Shown: positions 34,635-44,304 of the stretch, piece after piece
Position numbering within the stretch: the first letter of the stretch is position 1
Layout of the letters: each line of letters starts with the position of its first letter
Virus record (IMG/VR): IMGVR_UViG_3300027971_000004
Location: 1 to 59,567 of that record
Reading direction: 5' to 3' (one strand)
From: a virus
Taxonomy: Duplodnaviria > Caudoviricetes
DNA length: 59,567 nt
Notes under the pieces: model-generated
Database searches by the model: none
What the model was told of the DNA's origin: nothing
The model's input: the letters and a program-made list of their open reading frames with translations, nothing else
Position numbers and translations under genes: made by a program

Positions 34635-35660
34635 TCAAAGGGCGTTCTTCTCCACGGTGCCCTGTGGCGTGAATTCAATGTCCTTGGTGCCGTCCTCCTC
34701 AATGGCGCAAGATTCCGCGTTAAACTTGTATTTTGGCACCTTAATCTTGGCTTTTTTGCCCTTGAACGCATGTGTGTGCGGGAGGGGCTTTGCGGGAAGG
34801 CCGTCCTTGCCATCCTTACCGTCTTGGCCTCCGCCCTGGATGATGTTTATCACCGTGTTGGTGATGTAATTAATCAGGTTTATGGTGCGGTTGTCGTTCG
34901 TAATGAACGTCTTGTTTTCGTCCAGGTACGTGTCGCCCTGATGGATCACATCCCCTTGGTTGATGACCGTGGACTGGTTGATCACATCGCCCTGGTTGAC
35001 GGTGTTTTCAAAGTAGGAGTCACCCTCAAAGTTGTTGACGGTCTGGTTGTAGTTGTTCTGTGTAGTCTGAAGGGTGGTGGAGAAGTCGTTGTAGCTGTTG
35101 TCTGTGTACTGGTTGTTGTACCAGTTGCTGATGTTGTTGTTCTGAATGGAGTTGTTGACGTTGTTCGTTGAGTTGTTGTAGGTGTTGTAGTCAGTCTGAT
35201 TGTTTATGTTGAAGTTTTGGGAGTTGTCGTAGTTGTTGGTGGTCAGGTAGTTGTCGCCATAGAACGTGTCACCGCCATAATAATTGCTGGTATTGTCATT
35301 GTTGGTGGTGAAGTAGCTGTTGTTGGTGTCACCGCCGTAGTTGTTGACATTCCAGACGTTGGGCGGGTAGTTGTTGATCGTCCGGTAATCGCCACCGTTT
35401 AGGTAGTTCTGGAGATTGTTTGTTGTGTTGTTGGTGTTGCCGTCGTAGTAGTTGTTGGTGACGCTTCCTACGCCTGGGGGTGAAGTGATCACGCCCCCCG
35501 GAGGTGCTTGGCTGCCCGCGCCAGTGTTGATGGACACTGGGCCGTTCTGGCGCAAGCCTTGGATGCAGTTGGCGAAGACTTGCAGCAGCGCCTGAGACTG
35601 CTGCTGGCCTGCTGGGAGGGCGAGAGCAGCGGCTAAGGCATTGCTCTGCTGTGTGTACAT
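34635..35660 (-). CDS. Asn/Thr-rich beta-solenoid-like tail needle or spike
   Basis: Long N/T/Y/GD repeat tract, then a GQDGKDGKDG collagen-like hinge; follows the nozzle gene. Confidence 0.6.
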   Translation of the reverse strand: MYTQQSNALAAALALPAGQQQSQALLQVFANCIQGLRQNGPVSINTGAGSQAPPGGVITSPPGVGSVTNNYYDGNTNNTTNNLQNYLNGGDYRTINNYPPNVWNVNNYGGDTNNSYFTTNNDNTSNYYGGDTFYGDNYLTTNNYDNSQNFNINNQTDYNTYNNSTNNVNNSIQNNNISNWYNNQYTDNSYNDFSTTLQTTQNNYNQTVNNFEGDSYFENTVNQGDVINQSTVINQGDVIHQGDTYLDENKTFITNDNRTINLINYITNTVINIIQGGGQDGKDGKDGLPAKPLPHTHAFKGKKAKIKVPKYKFNAESCAIEEDGTKDIEFTPQGTVEKNAL

Positions 35661-38023
35661 TACGCAGTCACTCCACCGATGGTGACGCCGTGCAACACAA
35701 TCGGGGAGGATGACTGAGAGCCTGACAGGGCGACGGCTAAATGCCTGTCTGCACCCGACGAGCGGTCGTTGGCCCTGCCGGAATACCGGGCCGTTGAGTA
35801 GCCATTGGAATCGCCAAGCGCCGACCGTCCGGTTCGCATGTCAATCACCACGCCAGCCGGGGAAGCCACAACTCCTTCGCCGCGGTCGGAGTCAACGGCA
35901 TTCGATCTAGCCGTGGATGAGTTGTTGTAGTGAACCTTGAGCGTCAGGTCGGCCGTGGTGGCGGTGGGCTTGTACAGGACACCGATCTGACGGGTTGGTT
36001 CGTCCGTGATCACCAGCGGGCCAGTGCGCAGTTGGTACGGGATGGTTGCGGTGGTGTTCCCGCTTGTGTCCACAAGGCCCGTGTTGGCCTTGAGGAGCTT
36101 CCCATCGGCGGAGCCAGAGACTAAGGACTGCTTGCCGCTTATGCGGATGACGGTGGAGGCGCCGACCCCTTGGGGATATGTCTCCTCCCACCAAGTTTTT
36201 GTCGCAAGCGAATAGCACAGCGCCCTCGGGGGAGTGGTGCCGTCCGTGGACTTGCAGTAGTGGAAACGAATCACCCGCGAAACCGGGTCGGCTTGGACAA
36301 AGAAGTTGGCTGACTTGGAGAAGTCAATGACACTGTCTCTCCAGTAATCATCCACCGCTACAGATAGCGGCTCCATGCTTGAGCCGTCGAAGGCGTACAT
36401 GCCAAACGAGTCAACGCAGTACAGCCCGCCTTCAAAGGTGGTCCAGCATCGCTTGTTCAGAAGCCCGCGATATCCTGCCAGAGTCACGGCCGCGTCAATG
36501 ACTGGCTGGGCCACGTACGTGAGGCGGTACATGTGCTTCTCTTGGGCGACGAGCATCATGGCGCCATAGGGAATCAAGGCCACCACCCGGTCTTGGGAGC
36601 CGGTGTTGTTCTGGATCACAATCTCGTTCACGGGCGGAACGGATTCTGCCTCATCTGTCTCAGAGAACAGCAGCGTGTTTGGTCGCGTGCCGTTGGTGTT
36701 GGCCCCGTACCAGGCGCGGTCTTGGAACCAGCAGGCGTCTTCCATGTCCGTGGGCGGCACTTCAAAGCGATACGCATTGAGCTGGCCTGACGGGAGAGTG
36801 ATCGGCATCAGGCCGTATCCAGACCTAGTTGGGCTGATCAGCGTTGCCTCGTCCATGGTGTCCGTGTACGAGGTCGGCAACAGCCCGCCAGACCTCTCTA
36901 GGAGCGCAATGCGATAAAGGACAACAGCCTGGTTTGCTGATGTGCGCCACAGCTCCACGGCCACGGCCCGTGAGTCCGCGGCGGCATTGGACCAGTTCCA
37001 AGTAAAACCCGAGGCGCCCTCGCCGGCCTCAACGGTGACAAGTTCCGAGAGGCTAGAAGGAATAGGCCCGCCGTCCCCAATAAGCGTGTTGTCTAGGAAC
37101 CTGTATCCGCAGCGGTACGATCCTCGCATAGGCGAGCGGATAAGCGTTTCGGCCCTGGCGGCAGTTCCCAGGACGCTTGCTGTAGGAATGACCGAGTAAG
37201 CGCCGCGAGAGGTGATCACTGGGTTTTCTGGCGCGCCAGCTGAGTTTGCTATGCAATACGCCGCAGCCCCAGAGCCGCTGACAGAAGAGAACTGCACGGG
37301 AACAGTCCCGGCAAATCCGGAGCCGCCAACGACCGTGAGGTTGGTGACGGCATATGACATGATGCACTTCAGCGTGGCGCCAGCGCCTCCATTTACTGCA
37401 GTGATTGTGCCCGTGGCTACGCCCGTGGCGCTGCGGCCTGGGTTAACAATCCTTACGCCGCTTACGCGGCCATCAGTGATGTCAACTTCGCCAATGGCTT
37501 CAGCAATGCCGTTGCCAGAGAAGCTGACAAGTGCGCCGTTTGTATACCCAGACCCTTGAGTAAGAGGTATGGCAGAAGCGATACTGCCGTCAACAACAAC
37601 GGTCACCTCGGCCCCGCTACCTCGCCCACCACTGAGTGCGATCTGTGGGCGAGATGTGTAATTCCTGCCAGCGTTGGTGACGATGACATTGGCTACTCCG
37701 CCGTTCTTGAGTTTCGCCAATCCTTGAGCGTGATTCGTATTGCCCGCGGCCAGGCCACCTCCAGAGAACGCTACAGTGGGCGGCTGGAAATATCCTGAGC
37801 CAGACGCGATGACTTCTACGGCAGCGACGATGTTGGCCGTCGCTGCGATAGTGGACATCGTTAGCCCTGCGGTCGGGGCCTGCATGCCGATGTACTCAGC
37901 ATTCCCGTCGCCCGACCACCTTATCCCACGCCCGCCACCGTTCACGCCGTAGATGTACTTGTACTGACCCTTAAACAGCGAAACCTTGGTCGATCCAGTG
38001 AGCGTGGCGCCGTTGATCTTCAT
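35660..38023 (-). CDS. Tail nozzle/tubular protein B-like, main part
   Basis: Beta-rich, FQDRAWY, LLFSETDEAESVP; inserted GSGY/GGxGA repeat domains. Confidence 0.7.
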   Translation of the reverse strand: MKINGATLTGSTKVSLFKGQYKYIYGVNGGGRGIRWSGDGNAEYIGMQAPTAGLTMSTIAATANIVAAVEVIASGSGYFQPPTVAFSGGGLAAGNTNHAQGLAKLKNGGVANVIVTNAGRNYTSRPQIALSGGRGSGAEVTVVVDGSIASAIPLTQGSGYTNGALVSFSGNGIAEAIGEVDITDGRVSGVRIVNPGRSATGVATGTITAVNGGAGATLKCIMSYAVTNLTVVGGSGFAGTVPVQFSSVSGSGAAAYCIANSAGAPENPVITSRGAYSVIPTASVLGTAARAETLIRSPMRGSYRCGYRFLDNTLIGDGGPIPSSLSELVTVEAGEGASGFTWNWSNAAADSRAVAVELWRTSANQAVVLYRIALLERSGGLLPTSYTDTMDEATLISPTRSGYGLMPITLPSGQLNAYRFEVPPTDMEDACWFQDRAWYGANTNGTRPNTLLFSETDEAESVPPVNEIVIQNNTGSQDRVVALIPYGAMMLVAQEKHMYRLTYVAQPVIDAAVTLAGYRGLLNKRCWTTFEGGLYCVDSFGMYAFDGSSMEPLSVAVDDYWRDSVIDFSKSANFFVQADPVSRVIRFHYCKSTDGTTPPRALCYSLATKTWWEETYPQGVGASTVIRISGKQSLVSGSADGKLLKANTGLVDTSGNTTATIPYQLRTGPLVITDEPTRQIGVLYKPTATTADLTLKVHYNNSSTARSNAVDSDRGEGVVASPAGVVIDMRTGRSALGDSNGYSTARYSGRANDRSSGADRHLAVALSGSQSSSPIVLHGVTIGGVTA

Positions 38024-38289
38024 GTCGGCCCTTTGGCGTAGAACAGGACACCAGAAGCGTTCTGGTACACCACCGTCTCAAGCGTCCCGCTCTGAAACCT
38101 TTGGAGGGTTGTGATCGGGATCGTTGAGCCAGAGTGAGTGGTCCAAGACATCGAAGTCATGCCCTTGCGAACCGTCAGTTGTCCGGGGTTAAGGCACTGG
38201 AGATTGACTTGGGTAACTGCTGCGCCGGGAGGGATGGCGTACGGACTGACGTTGGTAGCAAGCCCGGCCCACTTTTCGATGATGATCAT
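38020..38289 (-). CDS. Small protein resembling a nozzle N-terminus
   Basis: WAGL..SP..IPPG....N....GQL..RKG; ATGA overlap with the next gene. Confidence 0.6.
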   Translation of the reverse strand: MIIIEKWAGLATNVSPYAIPPGAAVTQVNLQCLNPGQLTVRKGMTSMSWTTHSGSTIPITTLQRFQSGTLETVVYQNASGVLFYAKGPT

Positions 38290-39425
38290 GCGCCCTCGTC
38301 AGCCTTAAGCGGACTCCTCCAGCCACCGTCATGCCAGATTTCCCTGGTCCTGCCAGAGAGCGGGGCGAGCTGGTCTTGCTCTAGGGCAAGGCGGAGGTCG
38401 CGCTGATAAGTGGAGAAGGACTGGTCGGCCTTGCCGCCACGGATGCGATCCAGCCAGTAGGAGGCGCAGGAGTGAAGTGCAGTCTGCATGTGGCGAGCAA
38501 CGTCAGCGGGGTCGGTGATCAGGTATTTGTACGATGACTCCAATGATGAGCCGGGAGGGGCAATAAAAATCACATCCTCCCCTGGGCGGGATGCAATCAA
38601 ATGCTCTTCTGTGTAAGGAGTCATTGACTCTATGGAGCCTGGATACTCCGATGCAGTGCCAATGCGGATGATTGACCCCGGGCAATCCGGTGGGAAGTTG
38701 GCGTCGGCGCTAGTTATTTCGACAGAAGAAGAGACGGTGATTGTCCCAGTGCGAACTCGCGGCTCATGCCCGGAGTACTTGATCTGCCTTGGATAGCGAC
38801 GGTAGGTGAAGTCCAGCGTCTCTTGCGATGTCGGATAACCAACGAGCTTGAGGATGTACCCAGACCCATTCGGGTTCTTGAGGACCGTCCAGTGCCATGG
38901 CCTTCCGGACCTGTTCCCGACCCGCTCCAACTTCATCGCTTCGTCAGGCTTCAGATACAGACCGGACCACCAGTTAAACTCATTGGACGGCTCGTCCATG
39001 TTCCGGAAGTCAGCCGGCAGGGCGTAGTCGGTTTGGTAGAGAACGTATGCCTGGCCGGCTGCGAGAGTGCTGGCAAACGTCAGAGTTGTGTCCAACGCCA
39101 AGATTGTTGGGGACACGCGCGTGGCGACCTTGGCAATCGCCCGGCCGATGGATACCGATCCAGACGCGGCCCATGTGGGCCAAGTTCCGCCAGACAGAGT
39201 GAGTTGGTTGGTTGTGGCATTGAACGCCACCGTCCCGGTCTGATACTGGGGCTGGGTGATGATCCGGCCGTGCTGGTAGTAGTGCGACCACTCGGTGACT
39301 GTGGTGACTTCGCTATAGGCGCGCTGCACGGCCGTGCGGATGTCTCGCTGCTCTGCGTCCTGCGGCCCGCCGTAGGAGGAGACGATGAGGTTTTCGACAA
39401 GATCGAAATAAGTGAGGTAGGCCAT
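38286..39425 (-). CDS. Head-tail adaptor/tubular protein A-like
   Basis: AVQRAY...W, DYALPADF, GRP..W, GYP pattern; position. Confidence 0.7.
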   Translation of the reverse strand: MAYLTYFDLVENLIVSSYGGPQDAEQRDIRTAVQRAYSEVTTVTEWSHYYQHGRIITQPQYQTGTVAFNATTNQLTLSGGTWPTWAASGSVSIGRAIAKVATRVSPTILALDTTLTFASTLAAGQAYVLYQTDYALPADFRNMDEPSNEFNWWSGLYLKPDEAMKLERVGNRSGRPWHWTVLKNPNGSGYILKLVGYPTSQETLDFTYRRYPRQIKYSGHEPRVRTGTITVSSSVEITSADANFPPDCPGSIIRIGTASEYPGSIESMTPYTEEHLIASRPGEDVIFIAPPGSSLESSYKYLITDPADVARHMQTALHSCASYWLDRIRGGKADQSFSTYQRDLRLALEQDQLAPLSGRTREIWHDGGWRSPLKADEGA

Positions 39426-39455
39426 TAGCGATGTGTCTTTGGTTGCATTTGTTCA

Positions 39456-39776
39456 CTAGTTCACAGGGCTAGGAGACTCTGGTGGCAGCAGGGCGAGGGC
39501 GTCGGCCAGGGGCACAATCTCTACCGCTGCCATGAACTCCGGCGTCAGGTACGGCAGAGCCCATGCCAGGATGCCACCCTCATGAAGTTCCGAGAGCAGA
39601 TGCCCGCCCATCATCCAGCGACCATCGGTCAGTTGCTGCCCGCCAGCCACATGGCGAGGATCGCCGTGTTCCTGTTGGATGGTGTACCACTCTGAGGCGG
39701 TCGCGTAGTCGTAGACAAGGGCAAGGTCTTTACACTCGTCGTAGGGCATCGGAAGCGTGATGTCTGCGAGTGTCAT
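39456..39776 (-). CDS. Tail-fibre-associated small protein
   Basis: Coupled to the upstream fibre gene. Confidence 0.55.
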   Translation of the reverse strand: MTLADITLPMPYDECKDLALVYDYATASEWYTIQQEHGDPRHVAGGQQLTDGRWMMGGHLLSELHEGGILAWALPYLTPEFMAAVEIVPLADALALLPPESPSPVN

Positions 39777-41080
39777 ACGTTCCTCGTCATGGCTGCTTGG
39801 AAGGCTTGCATCGCGGTGTTGTAGGCGGCGGCTTGCGGTGCGGTCATCGACAGGCCGATGGAGTAGCCGCCGATGCGGCCGTTGAAGTAGTTTGCTGCGT
39901 TACCGCTTGCTGCCCGATTTACAGCAAACGCATATATCTCCGATGCCGTTGGCGTTGCGGCGGCGAGGGACATCGTCCCGTTGGCGGTGCCGTTCCTGTA
40001 GATAGTTCCGCTTCCTGATGTATTGACGCCCATCCACATCCCGCCACTAGAAATGGCAGTTGTGTTGTTGAGGTAACTTCCTGACGTTGGCCCAAACGCA
40101 AATGCACCCTTGTCCGCGTAGTCGAAGTGACCGAGAGCAAACTGCTGCTGGCCGATGCCGCCTGCAGACTCCGATCCCAAGAAATACTGAAAGCCTCCGT
40201 TGGGCCATGTGATCGGATACGCCGCCAAGTGACGGTCGCTGGCCGAAAGAGTATTTGTCGGGAACCCAGTGTTGAGGTACTTATTGCTGCCGTTGCCCGC
40301 CAGCCCGCCACTCGCACCTGTCTCGTTGTAGTTCGCAGATACGAACAGCCCGCCCACGTTGGTGTCGGTGGTGTTGCCGTATCTCGGCTGGCTGTACGAG
40401 GTCGCAGCCGCGCCGTACTCACACTGCATTCCCCAAACGTAAATGAACCCTGCGGCGTCACTGAGTTCGCTGACGGTCGAAAATCCAGTGCGAGCGTCTG
40501 TGGAAGTCGGAAGCGTGAATGTCTTTGTGAATCGCTGCCACGTTGTTGTGACGGTTACGGTATCGGAGTACGAGTTCCCTGTGAGCCACTGGATTTGGCG
40601 AGTGCCAGAGTTGGTCTTCATCCACGCAGACACGGTCACCTGACGCCCATCAAGTGGCATCTGCTGGTACATCTGACGAACATCAAACGGGGCTGACGGC
40701 GTTGTGAGTTTGGTCGCGTATCCGTATCCAAGCGGCCCGACTTCAGTGGTTGCCGTGCGGGTGACTAGGCCATTCCCGCCAGCAAGCCACGCCGCGTTGG
40801 TCTGGTCTGTCCCAAACTGGAACAGGTTTGTGACCGTCTTGTCTGGCGTCAGATAGAGCGGCACCAGTGCGGCGTTGAGTCCTGTGCCGCAAAACAAGTT
40901 AAGCCGATAGAAGCGGTCGCGTAGCGATGCCGAGTCAATGGCACGGCAGAACGCAGACACCGCTGGCAGCGATGTGCCAACCGTGCCGCCGTTGGCAACA
41001 ACGCGAGCGGCCCACGCTGCCGCTTCGGGATGAACGGCGTTTCTGTTTTGCGGGCGAAGAAGGCGTGGAGACAGGCCCAT
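39773..41080 (-). CDS. Fibre/spike protein with lectin-like domains
   Basis: TVTTTWQRF and YVWGMQCEYG carbohydrate-binding module nested in a ConA-like domain. Confidence 0.65.
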   Translation of the reverse strand: MGLSPRLLRPQNRNAVHPEAAAWAARVVANGGTVGTSLPAVSAFCRAIDSASLRDRFYRLNLFCGTGLNAALVPLYLTPDKTVTNLFQFGTDQTNAAWLAGGNGLVTRTATTEVGPLGYGYATKLTTPSAPFDVRQMYQQMPLDGRQVTVSAWMKTNSGTRQIQWLTGNSYSDTVTVTTTWQRFTKTFTLPTSTDARTGFSTVSELSDAAGFIYVWGMQCEYGAAATSYSQPRYGNTTDTNVGGLFVSANYNETGASGGLAGNGSNKYLNTGFPTNTLSASDRHLAAYPITWPNGGFQYFLGSESAGGIGQQQFALGHFDYADKGAFAFGPTSGSYLNNTTAISSGGMWMGVNTSGSGTIYRNGTANGTMSLAAATPTASEIYAFAVNRAASGNAANYFNGRIGGYSIGLSMTAPQAAAYNTAMQAFQAAMTRNV

Positions 41081-41081
41081 G

Positions 41082-41411
41082 TCAGCCCTTTGCCATGACG
41101 GTCATCGCGCAGGTGGTGGCGCCAGCAACGATGGGGACAACGTAGTTGGACGAGAAACAGGCGTCTGGAACCGGCATGATGCCGACCGTCAGTGCCGTGG
41201 TGACCGCAGCGCCGTCAGCGTAAATCTGAAGCGGAGCCACCACAGGATCGACGGTTCCGTACCAGTTGATCTGCGTGCCGCCGCCAGTGCTGGCAACCAT
41301 CACGCACGCGCCGCCGAAACGGCCGAAGGGAAACTTGCCCGAGGTGGTTGCCGCCGAAGAGTTGGCGGTGACAACCATGCCGGGAGAGAAATGGCGAGCG
41401 ATTTCGTTCAT
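41082..41411 (-). CDS. Small beta-rich virion protein
   Basis: Position and composition. Confidence 0.65.
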   Translation of the reverse strand: MNEIARHFSPGMVVTANSSAATTSGKFPFGRFGGACVMVASTGGGTQINWYGTVDPVVAPLQIYADGAAVTTALTVGIMPVPDACFSSNYVVPIVAGATTCAMTVMAKG

Positions 41412-41947
41412 CGGTTCTTGACCCTGTAGGCGTGTTTTTCAATGACCTTTTCACGGAGTTCGGCAGTCTTGGCGCCGGGGTTCTTCTTCTTCTCCCGGCG
41501 CACCAAGTCCTTGACGATTGATTCGTTGATGAGCGTCCGCTTTGGCGCGGCGGGGCCGGGGTCATAGTTGACGCTCCCGGTCACCATCATCTGCCGCTCT
41601 TTGGCTACGCGGAGAACGTCATCGTTCCCTGACACCCAAGCCTTGGGGTCGCGCCAGCCGCGATGGTTGGCGATGCCGCCGCAGTAGTACTTGCCCGAGA
41701 TGTTGATCCCAGCGGCCTTGGCTTCGTCAGCCACGTACTTGGCTTGGCGGAGCGGCATGGCATCTAACTGTTGGTTGTTGTAGCGGCCTTCCATGAACGC
41801 CCGGTCGGTTCCCTGCGTCCCGGGAGGACATTGCAGGGCACACATCTCTGCGAACCGGGGATTCTGGCCGTCCTCAACCATGCGGCGGTAATGGGCCTGC
41901 ACGGACGAGGAGGCGTTGGCGATGTCGAATGGAAGGTCCATATACAA
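41408..41947 (-). CDS. Hypothetical protein after portal
   Basis: 179-aa ORF abutting the portal stop. Confidence 0.7.
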   Translation of the reverse strand: MYMDLPFDIANASSSVQAHYRRMVEDGQNPRFAEMCALQCPPGTQGTDRAFMEGRYNNQQLDAMPLRQAKYVADEAKAAGINISGKYYCGGIANHRGWRDPKAWVSGNDDVLRVAKERQMMVTGSVNYDPGPAAPKRTLINESIVKDLVRREKKKNPGAKTAELREKVIEKHAYRVKNR

Positions 41948-43966
41948 CTACTGTCCCGGGGGAGGGCCTTGTGGCGGCTGATCCTGCGGAGGGCCTCCTT
42001 GCGGGGGCTGACCAGGAGGAGGCCCTGGGGGTGGCGGAGGGGGTGGTGGCACGGCGAAGTCGGCCACATCCATCTGGTTGACCTCGCCCCACTTGGCCAT
42101 GAGGGTGTTGAAGAGTTCCGGCTTTCCGGCCTGCAACATGCCCTGAGCGACAGGCATCATCACCTGCATCAGGTTGTTGAGGTTCTCTGTCTTGGTAGCA
42201 ATGTTGGGCTTCCTCGCGGAGCCGGCTTCGACCCGGTAGTCGTACTCCCTGACAATGGAGTCAGGGTCTTCCTGCTGTACGTGCATCTGCCACGCTTGGG
42301 CTGCCATCGGACCCATGAACGGGGCAACGTCTTGTGGCTGAATCAACCACCTCGCAAGGAGTGCTTCCTTCCTCGCAACGTCCGAAAGAGCGTCTTCCAG
42401 CGTGTTGGCATAATCGTCTGGCCTGACCGAGATTTGCTCGGCCTTCACGTTGGCCTCTGCAGCTGACCGGAACTGATTTCTGGTCATGCCGTAAATTAAC
42501 TCTGTCAGGCCCACTCGCCGGTCGAAGAGGTTCGTCACCTCCGCGATGATCTTGTATAGGTCTTCTGTGACTGCGGGAAGCTGGAAGACTGAGATCACAT
42601 CGTTGACCGACCGGCCGATGGCTTCAGAGATTTCCACAATCTTGAAACCGCCCTCCGACTTCTCAAGCAACTTGCTCTTGAGGTTCTCATCCGCAGCCTT
42701 CGACACGCCAATCAGCACTTGGCTGGACGCTGCAATGCGTGTTGCAAGGAAGGACATCGCCCAATTAATGAATCGAAGCTCACCGATCCCGGGGCGGATC
42801 AGCGACACAGGCCATGAGTAGCCAGGCTTGCCGTGCCACGCCAGAAGTGTGAACGGCCAACCGTTTGGCTCGGCCCAGAAAGGGATGGGCCACTGAGTGT
42901 TCATAAACAGTTGCTGGGGAATGCCCGTCTCGTCCACCTCCTCTTGGAGCATCTTGGGCGGGCAGTTCAGCGGGAAGTCCACGCCCTCGGCAACGACGAT
43001 GTAGCAGTTTGGCCCCATGGCATCGAACTTGCCCTTGAGGTCCTTGTCGGAGTCCTTGAGCCGGTCACCGAATCCAATCTTGGAGTAGACCTCCCAGTAA
43101 CAGATGAGGTCGGCCGTCTTGCCGTTTCTCTTCTGAGTCCTGTACCCACGCTGATCCTCATTCACCCGAGACGAGTAAGACTCGGCGTGACCCTTGAGGT
43201 CTTCAATCGACAGACCAAACTTCGCCGCCACCTCATCGACTGGCTGAACCCGCTTGCGTGCGGCCCAGCGGATGTCTTCAAACTCGTCGGCGTCAGGGTC
43301 CCAAGTCAGGTTGTCGATGGAGTCAAAGAACGACCCAGCCATCTTCACGTTCGACCCAGGTGGCGAATACAGCTCATGCCACCACACGCCAGCACCCTTG
43401 ATGAACGCTTCCTCCACAACCTTCCGAGAGTGACGCTTGAGATCAAGCTCGTTGGGTGTGTAGTTGAGGTAGTCTTCCAAGAGCTTGGAAACAACCTTGC
43501 GGCGCTCAAAGGCGAACTGCTGCTGCTCCATGCCCTGCTGGTACGCCTGCACCCCAGGATCGGGCATCATCACCGGCTGGCCGTCAGGCCCCATCACAGG
43601 GCCTTCTGGACCCATCTGCGGAACCGGGGGCTGCGGGAAGATTCCCAACAGCTGTGGGCCGATGATGGGGAACTGCCTGGCGTTGACCGTCCGGGCAGGG
43701 TTCCGGTGATGAATGACTGCCGAGAACAGACGCACGGCCTCCCAGACACGGTTGACCGTCATCCGAAACGCAGGTGGGTCGATGCCGCGGTTGTAGCCCC
43801 GCTCGCCCATGGCATAACTGTTTTCCCACATAACCGATGGGTCGCTCGCGTAGAACCCCATAGCTTCTTTTGCATCGTCTGTGAACGCCTTCTTGTGCTT
43901 TTCAGCCAAGTCGATGAGGCGGAGCCAGTTCTTGGCTATGGGCGCGAGCGGGTTATCGTTGGACAC
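41948..43966 (-). CDS. Portal protein
   Basis: 672 aa downstream of terL; RSAAEA, Pro/Gln-rich tail; GGGAG RBS. Confidence 0.85.
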   Translation of the reverse strand: MSNDNPLAPIAKNWLRLIDLAEKHKKAFTDDAKEAMGFYASDPSVMWENSYAMGERGYNRGIDPPAFRMTVNRVWEAVRLFSAVIHHRNPARTVNARQFPIIGPQLLGIFPQPPVPQMGPEGPVMGPDGQPVMMPDPGVQAYQQGMEQQQFAFERRKVVSKLLEDYLNYTPNELDLKRHSRKVVEEAFIKGAGVWWHELYSPPGSNVKMAGSFFDSIDNLTWDPDADEFEDIRWAARKRVQPVDEVAAKFGLSIEDLKGHAESYSSRVNEDQRGYRTQKRNGKTADLICYWEVYSKIGFGDRLKDSDKDLKGKFDAMGPNCYIVVAEGVDFPLNCPPKMLQEEVDETGIPQQLFMNTQWPIPFWAEPNGWPFTLLAWHGKPGYSWPVSLIRPGIGELRFINWAMSFLATRIAASSQVLIGVSKAADENLKSKLLEKSEGGFKIVEISEAIGRSVNDVISVFQLPAVTEDLYKIIAEVTNLFDRRVGLTELIYGMTRNQFRSAAEANVKAEQISVRPDDYANTLEDALSDVARKEALLARWLIQPQDVAPFMGPMAAQAWQMHVQQEDPDSIVREYDYRVEAGSARKPNIATKTENLNNLMQVMMPVAQGMLQAGKPELFNTLMAKWGEVNQMDVADFAVPPPPPPPPGPPPGQPPQGGPPQDQPPQGPPPGQ

Positions 43967-43977
43967 GCAGTATCTCC

Positions 43978-44304
43978 CTACTGTCTATTGCCCTTCCGGC
44001 CCTCAAGTTCGGCCACTTTCTTCTCAAGAAGTGCGACTTTCTCGGACAGGATGGCTTCTTTGCCCGCCGGCCGGGGTCCCCAGAAGCCGTATTCCTTCCA
44101 AGCCGGGAACTCTTGGACCCCCGGATCGTCCTTGTGGTGGACGCTGGCCTTCTCAACCCCGCCATAACCCGGGACCACGGCCCAAAGCGTCAGGGTCCGC
44201 GAGGCTGTGGTGGTCACAAACGCCATGACAGGGTCCGCGCCCTCATGGGCGTAGAACAGAACCATGTCGCCAATCTTCACTTCGGGCATTTCGTAGCTAG
44301 TCAT
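43978..44304 (-). CDS. Small SH3-like plus coiled-coil protein
   Basis: IGDMVLFY...; ATGA overlap with terL. Confidence 0.65.
   Translation of the reverse strand: MTSYEMPEVKIGDMVLFYAHEGADPVMAFVTTTASRTLTLWAVVPGYGGVEKASVHHKDDPGVQEFPAWKEYGFWGPRPAGKEAILSEKVALLEKKVAELEGRKGNRQ
43979..43993 (-). promoter_or_regulatory. Putative late-promoter motif
   Basis: GGGCAATAGACAGTA. Confidence 0.6.
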
